DNA of 58,873 nt, filler included, from Sphacelaria rigidula (Eukaryota): assembly GCA_964200075.2 (NCBI GenBank). It is 5 parts of 5 records of this genome, joined end to end, with 100 filler letters (N's around TTAATTAATTAA, not from the genome) between each part and the next. Parts side by side here need not be neighbours in the genome. Positions count along the whole stretch, not along the records: positions 1 to 11,697 come from CAXNAA020004615.1; positions 11,798 to 23,491 come from CAXNAA020004616.1; 3 more parts are not named here. One strand, written 5' to 3'. The notes below the pieces were generated by a model. The model did not search any database, had not been told where the DNA came from, and worked only from the letters and a program-made list of their open reading frames with translations. Positions within the stretch are counted from its first letter, which is position 1, and each line of letters opens with the position of its first letter. A program made the position numbers and the translations under genes. Of the stretch, positions 1 to 11,859 are shown piece by piece.

Positions 1-56
1 GGGCGCGTTGTTGGTTCCTGGGGGGGCTACCGGATGGTGCGGGGTGCGGCGGGGGG

Positions 57-103
<47 letters not shown>

Positions 104-1579
104 GGAGGTGATCCCACGAAAAGCAGGGGCCCATAGGTGTGTCAGAGGACCTAACACACTCGCGGTGCGCTCATAATTTGGTGAAAACGGTGTCAAGCAG
201 TGTGGGTGAATGTGTCTCATCGTAAAAAAAAACGCGTTCGAACAAACGTTCCTCATTTTAACGACGATTTGAATTGGCATTTTTGTGGAAGGAATGGCCC
301 AAACGCCCCCTCCCCCCACCATTGCCACCCTTCATGCGACTCACCGAACACACCACGGCGCTTCGCGCTTGGTGATTGAGTGCGAGCCTGGTCCGGCGAA
401 AACCCGGCGTGCTCCGTCCCCGGCTTTGTAGGGATGCAAGGTCAATTCCCTAAGCAAAGAGACGTTCGAATTCCCTCATCGAGATCGGTTAATGGATACA
501 TCCGTAAGCATCCAACAAAGCCGGGGAATTCCATTGACCTTGCATGGATACATCCGTAAGCAAAGAGACGTTCGAATTCCCTCATCGAGATCGGTTAATG
601 CGTGTCCTCATTTACTGTTCGGAATTAAAGATTCGGCAATAAATCGACAGATGTAAACAGATGGTGCCTTTCCGTAGTAGCCGTGTGTTTGTCACCGTGT
701 AAAGTCACGAGTGTGTCAAGGTGCTGCCATGTAAACATATTCTAAATCATAACCCCAAGTTTCCAGGCCGCACAGTAGGGCTGTGGTACTCGCCGGATCG
801 GTCTTGGCTTGTTCGATTCGGGGCGTTTGAAAACAACATGGAAGAAATTTCGTGTCTACAGTCTGTTTGAGGGTATGATGCCCCGGCCCTCGTATGGAGA
901 GAGTATTTGCCCGCATTCGAGATGTGCTCATGATCGCGCCATGTGCCCCGGGAAGGGCATTCGGAGCAGATGCGTCCACTATGTCGTTGGCGGTACCTCG
1001 CTCGCCGTACAGGAGTCAGCAGCCGCTCTTTGCTCACCACCTGACATTTACGCGGTCACGGCCGCACCGGGTGCAAAATCTTGAGGGCGTTGCTGCTGCA
1101 GCTGTCATCGAGCAGCCCTCGACAGATGTCGAACACACTTGCCGCTGTTTCAGCCTGCAGTAGCACAGGCGCGGACGCGGCACCGAGTAGGTGGTGGTAT
1201 GTCGCAGCAACAATTCGTCGGGAGCAAAACCACAGCGAATGTTTTCATACTATTAGACTACGGCTTTTCAGTTCAGAGGTGGTTTTGCCCAATTTTGTTG
1301 AACGTAGCCAAGAATGCATCTGAACCCCTCTTGGGGGGGCAGAGCGCGTCTCACAAACAAGGCACTCCGCGTCTAAGTCGGCACAATATTTTCAGACGCG
1401 TCTGGACATGCGTCCAAATCACCTTTCAGGGGCAAGGTGCGTCTCAATGGACACATCGCGTCTGAGCGAATCTTGGAAGTGCTCAAGTACGCGCCCATCG
1501 TCGCAGGGCTGCAGAATACATCGGAGGACGTCGGGAGACTCACACAGTAGACGAGTGACAGGTGAGAAGCGTGTAGTAC

Positions 1580-3450
1580 TACCTCGTCAATGGGCCCATA
1601 GCGGACACACTGCATTCGTCCTTTGCTCGACATTTCCTGTTCTTTATCCTCTTACGTTCTGCAGAGTCGTGACGTTGTTCTCGCTGGTTGATTACAGTTT
1701 CGAACGGAAACCAACTGTTCCAGTCACTTGCAATCTCGGCGGTTACAGCGGGGTACATTGCGCTTCCGAGTTGCGGCATCCTGCTGAATCCTAGAAGCAT
1801 CGATGAGTAATAAAACTGCTCGTAATACTCGACGCCTGGAAATACAAGTTTTCTGGGATGTAGTCCGTTCTTTCGAATTAAAGCCCATATGTGAACTAGG
1901 CTTCGCCAGGGGGAGGCAGTAGAGTTACGGGTCCCGAAGAAGAACGCTGCTGCCAAAGGATCTTCAGAGTGAGGCGTAATTCTCTTTCTTGTCATTCGGG
2001 CAAGGATGCGGCCGTGAGCGATGGTAGGCAAGGAGAAGAAGAAGTGAACGAGGCGGTACAGTAGTACTGGCTACGTTCCACCAGGGTTCATGCGGTGACC
2101 CCGTTACTTTGGGCTCTTGTACCGGAGACCCGGTTTGCCTAGGTTGCCGAAGATTCATTCCACAGGTTTAAACGTTTCGGGTCCGCTCATGTGTGTCACT
2201 GGCAGACCCCGTTCCTGAGACTGTTTCTCCGGAATACATGTGTATTTGGATGCCATTACGCTCATACATATGTGGCCTCCACACATGACTAACATTGTAC
2301 AGGCTACAAGGTGGACTCTGGAAAAACCCTCACTACGCTGCATCCACGTCGTGCCTGATACGGTCCGTGACACTACAGCAGACATGAGTAAGACAGTGTA
2401 CTTCGCTGTACTACTGCACTATCCAACGTGTTTTCGACTCAAACCAGACAATTTCTGCGTTGCTGGATCCATGGTAGACATGCTAAGTCACCTACGAACA
2501 CCCTTTCGTCCTTGGGGACCAATTGCTGCTTCCCACCTTCCGTACACACATTTGGTTATTTCCTAGATGGCCTCGAAGTAATTTCTTGGACAGACAACCC
2601 TTGGGCATTTCTGAGATGCCCTTCGCCGGAAACCCTGGGTTAGCTCTCAGGAACTTATACGATTGCACCCGCATATTCCGCGCCTGCTGTGACTGAAGTC
2701 TCATCTCGCTCGGGAAGCTTGGGTGTCGAAACAGGTATGCCAAGAAATGACGCACCCGCAGTCTGGAGGACGAGGGGGATATCATGCCTTAGGCTTCCGC
2801 AGTATTTACTAGACGCTGCTGGAGCGTATTGTACGACAGTCGCTGCGTACATCACGCTAAAAGTCGTACGCAGAATCCATGCGTTCTGTGAATCGAGCCA
2901 TCTCACTGAAAATGCACGAGTTGGGGACAGTAGGAGAGTCGTGCTAAGGTAGGGGTACATATTTTCGCCCAAAACTTGCCTGAGGTATTTCACGCTGTGG
3001 AACAAGACAATGATGTTCTTCATATTTTGTGATGTTCGTCTCGGAGAGAACCGCCTCACGTTCAGACAAAACTTTGTCCTGACTGCACTAATGCAAGTGC
3101 GCGAGAGTGTGCGTCCAACTCCATTACCCCGGCCCAGAAAGTTGCTATGCATCCCTGTCGTAGCACGATTCGACAGTATACCCCGGTAGGCGCATGAGAG
3201 TACATCGAAACAATGACCAACTCGTTCAAGCCAAGACATGCTCACCGCCATACCATTCCGTAGTCACCATCGATGTCATCGATGCATGCAGCACGGGGTA
3301 CGGTAATGCTCGTTGTGCCAATCAGGGCATGGCGTCCTTAACGACCACTTTCCGTTGGATTCATCATAAAAAATACTCTTGCTGGTCATTATTCTTTCAT
3401 GTGGCCACAAACGACAAGGCGCACACCTATTTCGGCCACCGCCCTGTCTG
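1580..3450 (-). pseudogene. Unidentified degenerate coding relic, copy 1
   Basis: Peptides WAKICTP, SLPTIAH, ELRL/EDP and MPQLGSAMYP are collinear with the 48800-50440 copy. Confidence 0.5.
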
Positions 3451-3989
3451 AACATGTGGGGAGCAAAACTTATTTTTGTACACTAACGTGCATAAGTACC
3501 TACACCCGCTCGTCAAGACCTTCACATCCTTTTCCCTGAGCACCCAGTTAATATTCCTTAGTGTGAGCCTAGACACACCCAGCAGGTAGGTAGGGGCGCT
3601 CGTCGCTGCTCACTATCCCCTTCATCTCTCCTGCTTCCGTCACTGCTACTGGAGAATGGGTGTCTACTTGCCCCCCCCTCTTCTGCCTCGGCCGCCTTCG
3701 TTGCTGTTGGCCCCCACCACAAGGACGTGCTATGGATGAAAAGTCGCTTCAACGGTGACCGATCGATTACTTGATCGCTTGCTCGATTACATCGCGTGGA
3801 CGCGAAGTGACCCGAAAGGTAATTGATGTAATCTCTTGTCGCATATAGACGAGATAATAGTTCAACAGAAGCTGATCGATTGGTCGACTCTTGCCCTTGC
3901 CTGTCTTTTCCTGGGCCACAGTGCGTGGATGCTATTTTGTGGTTTTTGCCATACTTCATATCTCTGCGCTACCGTGGAACAAGTCCGTC

Positions 3990-4332
3990 GACTCAAGGGA
4001 TCAATCCTTGCCCGGTATCATTTATTTTATTTTTATGTATTTGTCGCACTTTGAACCCCTCCCCTTTCTCGGGACGAGTCCATGGTCTCAAGGGAGGAAC
4101 CCATCTCTCCCCGGTACACACCTTGCACTTTGGTCTCGCGGATTGGGTCAGCACTTCCGTACCGCGTCAACTATCGTCAAGCAAACTTAGTGAACTACTT
4201 TGTCTTCTCACGCGGTCACGCTTTGCACGGTGAAAATCAGATACTACAAAGAAAGCCCCAACGCATCGGGAATCGAACCCTCGGTCTCTTCACCCTCATG
4301 GCGACAGTCGGACCATTACACCATCGGGGCGC
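3990..4332 (-). mobile_element. Second tRNA-headed SINE-like element
   Basis: Minus strand GCCCCGATGGTGTAATGG (A box)...GGTTCGATTCCC (B box) without a closing acceptor stem. The 3' boundary is approximate. Confidence 0.6.
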
Positions 4333-5033
4333 GGCGGTATATGTCGGACATTTGTGTATCGCGGATTCGGTCAGCACCGCCACACCGGGTCCATTTTCGC
4401 CGAACTCCCCACCTACTTAAGATCTCATGACTGCTGAGACGAAATTGAGATGTTCCCCAGAATAAGGCGGTATCTGTTGAAAGATCGAACCCCTAAACTC
4501 CACACTAACCGGTAGAAAGATGTGCCAGATAGACAGTCGGGGCGCGGCAGCTATTTGCAATGGAAATCATGCGCCGTTGAATTACTGTCGTAACTAGCGA
4601 GATTCACTGCAGAAGGACATGACGCAAGCGAGCGAACACTCGTCAGACGGGAGCGCCGTGTTAGATCGAGGACCATGAACGGGCATCGCTGTAGCAGATG
4701 CTGCGCCTCGGGACTGAGGAGAAACATTAGATGTAGGGTTATTCGTCCGTTGTCCGTTGTTGTACGAAACTTGGCGACAAAATCGCCCGAGGAAAGAAAC
4801 GAGATTCAAGGAGACGACACATCGTACGAATGTGTAACTTTACAGTTTGTAGAGGATCGGGAATCGTGAGAACAAAGTCACGAACGACACATCCCTTGGT
4901 CCATGTGGTAACAGGCGAACTACTGCCACAGACACTGGCACAATAAGAACACAGCGCCGGCTAGGTCGCGGCGTGCGTCATTTAAGAGTGTCTCATAACT
5001 TGTTCGGCCGCCCTCTCCTTCTCTCCCTCTCTT

Positions 5034-5040
<7 letters not shown>

Positions 5041-5095
<55 letters not shown>
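5041..5095. repeat. (CT)n microsatellite
   Basis: Pure dinucleotide run. Confidence 0.98.
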
Positions 5096-5097
<2 letters not shown>

Positions 5098-6630
5098 CTC
5101 GCGCCCCGCCTTTTTGCCCCTTGTTCTCGTCTTCCTCTGCCCGCCCCTTTCGCCCCTCCCCTACTCCCTCTCACTCAACAGTCTGGGTGGGAACTCGACA
5201 TGCTGTCGAACATGTTCACACAAATCCCTTCCGCCGCAAGCGACCTCCATCACCCCGTATCTCGTCACGGACAATCGGGCCGCTATTGAATCGTAAACCG
5301 AATGTTCCTTCAGAAAGCTGAATATCGCCATTGAATATGTGTTCGCGAATACTAGCTGGTATGTAATCGGAGACTTAGCCGATGGCAAGCGCCAGGTAGC
5401 GGTGCTAATCGCAAGCCAGGGCCTTGCTGGCTGTTTATTTACTTGGCTTCTGTGGGTGGCTTTTAGTAACCCCTATGCGACGTGTCGGCGTGCTTTCAGA
5501 CGAAGTACAGCGTTTGTTCTAAGTATGTTCTACCGGGCTGGTGTTTGATCACCGTGTTCCGATCCAGAGTTTTTGATCCAGGGCGACTACCTGAACGCAA
5601 CCCAAAGAGACGAGTAGAAGCCTGGCGGATTTCAGATAGACTCGACCCTCACGCTCCCTCGTTGACCAAATCTCGCCGCATCTGCATTTCCTTGATTCCG
5701 CCGCATTCTCGGGGAAGCGGTTACGTTTGTCGCCTACAATGCAAGAGATCTCACCGCATCTACCCCCAAAATTCTACCGCCAGGACAACGTAACTGCAAT
5801 TATTGTTAAAAAGTCATTACTGGAAGAGGCATGCAGCAAACCACCACCAGCACACACTTGAAGGCACCCACCACACTACGGCGACACCGTTCCTGCACCA
5901 GCACGCTGCGTTTGAGCAACAAAATGCTTGCAAGTGGAGATATCATATGTCGCTGTACAGGGCCAAGGTGCGGCCTCCAGCAGACGCGGTGTTGGAGGTG
6001 AGCACGGCGTGCGAGATATTTCCAGAAGCTCAACTCAACTCAAAGCCACACAACTTGATCAGCATCTTTTCCGATGCCTCATTCATGACTTTTGAGGGGC
6101 TCTTGTCTACACGAAGTCAAGTCAGCAATATATATATACATATATATATTTACACCATCTCATATACCGCAGAACTTCTTGCATGATGAGTTGATCTGAA
6201 AAGTGCGCACAACGGATTTGGACGGTCGCGCCACGTATACATTTCGGCAGTGACAGAGTTCGTAGATTATAGTGAGGAACAGCCAGATCTGTTGTAACCG
6301 CCTTTGGAAGGAAATTGTCGCGAGTTGAGACCATATAGCACAGTCGCCTTGTATTTTAGGGGTGCTGCTGTGCTTGGGTGAGACGCGCGACGAACATACC
6401 ATGCAGCGAGCGAGGGTGTGTAGCCATGCGTGTGCGCATCATACTCACGACGTCTGTACCGCGGCCGCGGTCTTGATAACGCAAGGCGGTGCCCTACCTT
6501 GCTCTTTCCCCTCAGCCTACTAGTCTGTCCTACTCGAAATAGGGCACCCACGCACCCTACGCCCTCCAGAAGAACTCGGACAACGAGTACGTGCATTTTC
6601 GTACAAAGTTGGGCCACACTAATGTAGCAC

Positions 6631-6790
6631 CGATCGTCCCGGCGGCTCGGTCGGTAACCTCGAAACCTGCGAACAGTTGGGATTTGGGTTCGAATGTCGA
6701 TGCATGCATGAAGTTATTTAGTCCGAGATTTTTTCTCACGTCATTCCTAACGGTGGTCGAGCGCGACTATGACGCGAGTACACGACGTTG
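6631..6790 (+). mobile_element. tRNA-derived SINE 5' part (same head as 57948)
   Basis: cgatcgtcccggcggctcggtcggtaacctcgaaa...gggttcgaat. Confidence 0.75.
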
Positions 6791-7275
6791 GTAGTAGTAG
6801 ACTCCTTGGTTGAGGAGGGAACGAGACTGCTGAACCCTGCTCGCGAAAATGAGAATGGCAAGCACCTCAGAAGGAAGTTGGAGCTCTAAAAAAGAGTTTA
6901 GTGAAGTAAAGTTCCTGTGTTGACCTTCCTCCGGCGTGTCCCCGGCTGATGTGCGGCAACACATATTTACCGAACGGTGGAGACCAGCGTCCAGAATGAT
7001 GACAATGCCATTGCGGTTCTCTACACCAAATTTCAAAGCACTATACTCTCAAAACTGGCATGCGAAATCGCAGAGGATTCGGGAAAACAGGGCCGAACAT
7101 TGAAAGGGGTCTCAAGCCTCGTTTCCAAAATCCACAGTTTTTCGGGAATGGCTTTGCAAAAAAGATCAACTATGGCAGGAGTGCCCAAAAAAAAACTCCA
7201 AGCAAGCATTGCAGAGCATTGTGGTATTTGTCTGGTCTTGTTCTTGTCGTTGAAGTGTGATGTGCAATGTATAGA

Positions 7276-7712
7276 CACGGGATCTTACAAATTGGGGATG
7301 GCTCTTTTATTGGGGATGAGAAACCCGGAAGATTAAAGTATTCGTATCCACTCCAAATCTTCGAAATATGGATCCATTTCTTTACCACTGATGGCTATTG
7401 ACAACTGCTACACGCCATAAAATTTGGATTTCGATCACCGAAATGTTGGGGTTCTATATGGAAAATCAATTTCGGAACCACATTGGCGTCCGTTCGGACA
7501 CCCGCAATTCCCGAAAATTATTTATTCGCCTAGGACCCCAACATTTCGGTGATCGAAATCCAAATTTTTATGGCGTGTAGCAGTTGTCAATAGCTATCAG
7601 TGGTAAAGAAATGGATCCATATTTCGAAGATTTGGAGTGGATACGAATACTTTAATCTTCCGGGTTTCTCATTCCCAATGAAAGATCCATCGCCAATTTG
7701 TAAGATCCCGTG
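7276..7712. mobile_element. Foldback MITE family A, full copy (437 bp)
   Basis: Arms of about 180 bp are near-perfect inverted repeats, CACGGGATCTTACAAATTGG...CCAATTTGTAAGATCCCGTG. Confidence 0.9.
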
Positions 7713-7939
7713 TTTATTCCTGAAATTCATGAATATAACTTGGCCTTGACCCCGAAGGTATGCGAAGAATTAAAGCTTCATGCACACGATTTTTTACTCT
7801 TTATATACTTTTATTTTTTATTCATTTATGAGATTTAGTACCCCCCCCCCGACCCCCCTCGAAAACCTCCAGGATTCAAAAAGGGGTATAGCGTCTCGGA
7901 TTTTTTGGGGGGGGGCACTCTCGACTATGGACATATTTT

Positions 7940-8425
7940 TTCTGTTGAAATTTCCCCTAGCTCACCTTGTCGCGCATTGTTGCTCCGCTCCCCAAAGTCA
8001 AATGTGTCTCTTTCGTACATTCGAAACGGCTCTCCAAAGGTGAGACGAGGAGCTTTTGTCTGCTTCCTTCGTGTGCCATGCAATATAGTTCCACCAAGCG
8101 TCTCTGGATATGATGAATAGGGAACACTATTAATGAGAAGTCAAGTGCCGCCGTTCGTTTTTTTGAAAACAAATTCCATTGCTGATAATGTTCTACACAT
8201 GTACATTTTTGTATGTGGAGAAATCCCTGCTCATCGCGAATTCTCATAGGGCTCGGAAAAAACCCTGGCATCACATTTTTAAAAAATGGGGGCATCGGAT
8301 GAAAGCGGCTCCCCCCACCTGGTAAGAGCTGTTTCAAAAGAACGAAAGGAGATATATATGGCTTTAGAGAGTGGAGCAACAATGTGCGACAAGGCAAGCT
8401 AGGGGAAGTTTCGACAAAAAAAACA
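7940..8425. repeat. Imperfect inverted repeat pair (about 110-bp arms), MITE-like
   Basis: ttcccctagctcaccttgtcgcgcattgttgctcc versus ggagcaacaatgtgcgacaaggcaagctaggggaa. Confidence 0.75.
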
Positions 8426-8433
8426 AAGATTAT

Positions 8434-8645
8434 TAGAGAGTTTCGGTAAAAGCATTTCTGTCATTTCAGAGTGCAAATATCTCAGGATCAGAGTGCCAAT
8501 TTAAAAAAATACCTAATCGAAAGAACGTTAAGGGGGTACCACATTTAACGGGGGGGGGGGAGGGGGAAATTTTTTCGTTACACTCTGATCCTGAGATTTT
8601 CGCACTCTGAAATGACAAATAAAAAACTGTTTCCGAAACTCTCTA
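8434..8645. repeat. Inverted repeat pair (about 60-bp arms), MITE-like
   Basis: tgtcatttcagagtgc...tctcaggatcagagtg versus cactctgatcctgaga...gcactctgaaatgaca. Confidence 0.75.
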
Positions 8646-8812
8646 CTGTTACAATCTTTTTCCGGAAAAAATGTGAAATTTGGAAATGAGGTTTGAGCCC
8701 CATTTGAATGTTCAGCCCCATTTCCCAGGATCCTCTGCTAATTCAAGATTCAATGCGTTCAGTGCCTCTGCTCGTAATATATTGAGCTTCGCATGGAATC
8801 TTACGTGACAAA

Positions 8813-10800
8813 GGATCCTGAAAAATGATGTTGGAAATGCAAATGGGGTTGGCTTCGCCTTCCCGAAAGTCATATTATCCGCGACACAGTATTGCCAAAC
8901 GATAGCATTAAAAAAACAACTCGTGTTGCAGTTAAGCAAGTGTGGCTGGCTAGGTGCACCCGATCAATGCGGCGTACACGTGCGTCAATGGCGATACCAC
9001 CGGAGGACCAATGGTGGAGAGGAAGCTCCTCGCCCGCGTCCTCTGTGCGTCTTCGTTCAGTGACTGCCAATTGCTGGAGAGGTGGGCATCATATTACCCG
9101 CACACACGCAATTTGCCATCGTCGACACAACAAGCACGGCGGGCGGCTTGCTGCACAGCCCCCCAAAGAAAATCGAATTGCCCAGGGTTGCCGCGTCTTG
9201 ACTGATATGATCGTCTCTTGTCTGTGGCGCTGATCAATGCAAGGATCGATTTCTCCCTGCATCTCTTTTCGGGCAGGACGCGCCTCTGTGCGCTACAGAC
9301 GATCACGCCGTCGTAACGCCGGGCGATGCCGTCACTGCTAATGTTCTCACACGCGTGCGAGCAAGGACGCCTACGAAAGGATCCTTACGCTTGTCGAAGA
9401 GGTGTTATTATCGTCTTTGATATCGCCCGACGTTTGGCACAAGGAAAAGAGTCTTGCACATCCCAGTTGGGGGGAAGTATGGGAAATCAAACACTCATGG
9501 AGAACTTACTGGCATGCGGAGTGAAAAAATATACCTCTGGTGATGTGACGTAGGAGCTACTAGCGTGACCCATATGGGGGCTGGCACACTGTGCTTTACG
9601 AGCTGATCTGATGCACAGTCGGTCGCGTGCGCCGGGATGTATGTGTGTTTCTTTGAAAAAATCAACTCTGAGGGGGCCATCACAAGCTGAGGCGAGATAT
9701 GGTTTCACCCGGAGCAAGGGTGCTTTATTTTATTAATGGCCACTCGCCGTTTCATATGTGATCCATACCGTCAAGCGCTGACCAGAAAATCTTTCCTGAT
9801 ATTTGCTTTCGAGCAGCGCAGTCGGTAGTATAATAGGTCGAAGAACCCCGAATGATTAGTTGCTGCGCGCACTATCTGTAGCAATTCGATTCTTACAAAT
9901 TGTACAAGAACGAGAAGTACTGCTACTTTGATCTCATTCCATAGAATCAAAACGTCTCTCAAAGGTTGAGAACATGCCCTTCCTCCGCTCCCGCCAGATA
10001 TTGGAAAAGCCGATGCCACTTTTTTCCGAGCTCTACCGACCACTGCCGAGCGCAGGGAGTATTCTTCGAATGAAATTCCGCATTTTCCCACCTGTAAAGC
10101 GTTTTCTAGGGACGAATTCATATTCTAAAGATGACCTGGTGCATTCCACTTAGGTTCTACCCTAATCGCTCTATCCGAACTCCAGAAATTTTGAGCAAAA
10201 CGGCAGCTCCGTGTTTTCTTATATTTAATCGAACTCGAGGCGAACACTTTCTCCTCAGTGTGTGGGTGTGAGAACAAAAGCGGTGACGGGAACATCGCCC
10301 GGCGTTTCAACGCGTTCTGTAGCGCACAAAGGCACGTCCTGTTCGAAGCGAGAGGCAGGGAGGAATCGATCCTTGCATTGCTCAGTGCCACAGACAAGAG
10401 GTGGTCGTATCAGTCAGGACGCGGCAACCCTGGGTAAGCCGATCTTCTTTTGGGGGCCGTGCAGCAAATCACCTGCCACATTTGTGCCGACGATGGCAAA
10501 TTGGGTATGTGCGGGTAACATGGTGTTCATCTCTCACAGCGGTTGGGAATCGACGAACGAGGACACACAGGGGACGTAGGGGCGAAGAGCTTCCTCTCCG
10601 CCATTGTTCCTCTGGTGGCATCGTCATCGACACACTTGCACACGGTATTCATTGGGTGCACCTAGCCACACTTGCTTACTGCAACGGGAACCGTTTTTTC
10701 GCAAAGGCTTTCGTTTGGCAAAAGTGTTTCGCGGAAAATGTGACTTTTGGGGAGGCGAAATTAGTCCCATTCGAATGTCCAGCCTCATTTCTCAAGATCC
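8813..10800. repeat. Long diverged inverted repeat pair (8813-9355 / 10255-10800); third copy at 42780-43080
   Basis: Arms of about 540 bp align along their length, e.g. caatggtggagaggaagctcctcgccc versus gggcgaagagcttcctctccgccattg. Confidence 0.85.
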
Positions 10801-11697
10801 AATGTTATACGTATCATATATCTAGTTAGATGAAAGTGGAGGGTATCGATCGTTTCACCTTCCTCCAGGGAACGTCAGCTCCAATGATCATTATCCACTG
10901 TTTTCGTCCGTCGGGGCGTCACGTAGACTTTAGTATGGCCCCTATCTCCGCAAGAGATAGGAATTACTCGATAGAGAGTTTATTAGTGAGTGAAAATTGA
11001 TCCAGGCTGTTGAGCAGATGGGCATGCTCCCCTTGATTAGATGAGTAACAAGATATGCAAATCACGTCCCAATTTACCTGTGTCGATGAGATATGGCTGT
11101 GTGAGACCTTCAATAAATATGTTTGTAGGCTGGCACAGCTCGTATTATAAGACCGTTTGTTACGGTTGGAATTTGAAACTGTTTTTGGTCTTCAAACAGG
11201 GAATATTGTCACACGTTTTGGACATTTTGCATCCCCTCACCGAAAGGAGTGTAACCCACGTTTCCGAGTCGCTCGACTCCGAGGCTTGGAGAATGGTCTC
11301 TGTACCAAAATACAGCCGAACAAACAAATTGCGGTGCATGCATGTTTGAGCAGCGAAATAACCTGCAGATAGCGCATATGTTGTCCAGCTGTGGTTTCGC
11401 TCAGGCGCCGTTCTCCAATCCTCGAAGCCAAGCGAACCGGGAAAATGAGCTAGACTCCTATCGGTGGGGTGATGCAAGGTGTCCAAGACGTGTGATGAGG
11501 ATATTCACTGTTTGGCGGGCCAAAACCTGTGTCAACTGTCCCCAAACAAGAAACTATCGCAAAACGAATTCAAATACCGGAAGAAATACTCCGAACACGG
11601 GGTTCATACGATTCAGGATTGTTTTTTGGGGTGTACTCATGATCATGCATGCCATAGTCATAACACCATTGACCTCGCATCCCTACAATGGCGGTAC

Positions 11698-11797
11698 NNN
11701 NNNNNNNNNNNNNNNNNNNNNNNNNNNNNNNNNNNNNNNNNTTAATTAATTAANNNNNNNNNNNNNNNNNNNNNNNNNNNNNNNNNNNNNNNNNNNN
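11698..11797. other. Artificial contig-join spacer
   Basis: 44 N + TTAATTAATTAA (stops in all six frames) + 44 N, exactly 100 bp. Confidence 0.98.
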
Positions 11798-11859
11798 GGG
11801 GGGGGGGGCTATCGTAGAAAGTGTCGCGAGTTACTGCCTTTTGTTGTTGTAGCAGCAGT

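Noticed and set aside
1-110. Poly-G tract as a G-quadruplex element
   Set aside because: It sits at a contig end like the other G-runs (11798, 47225), so its length is unreliable and may be a sequencing artefact.
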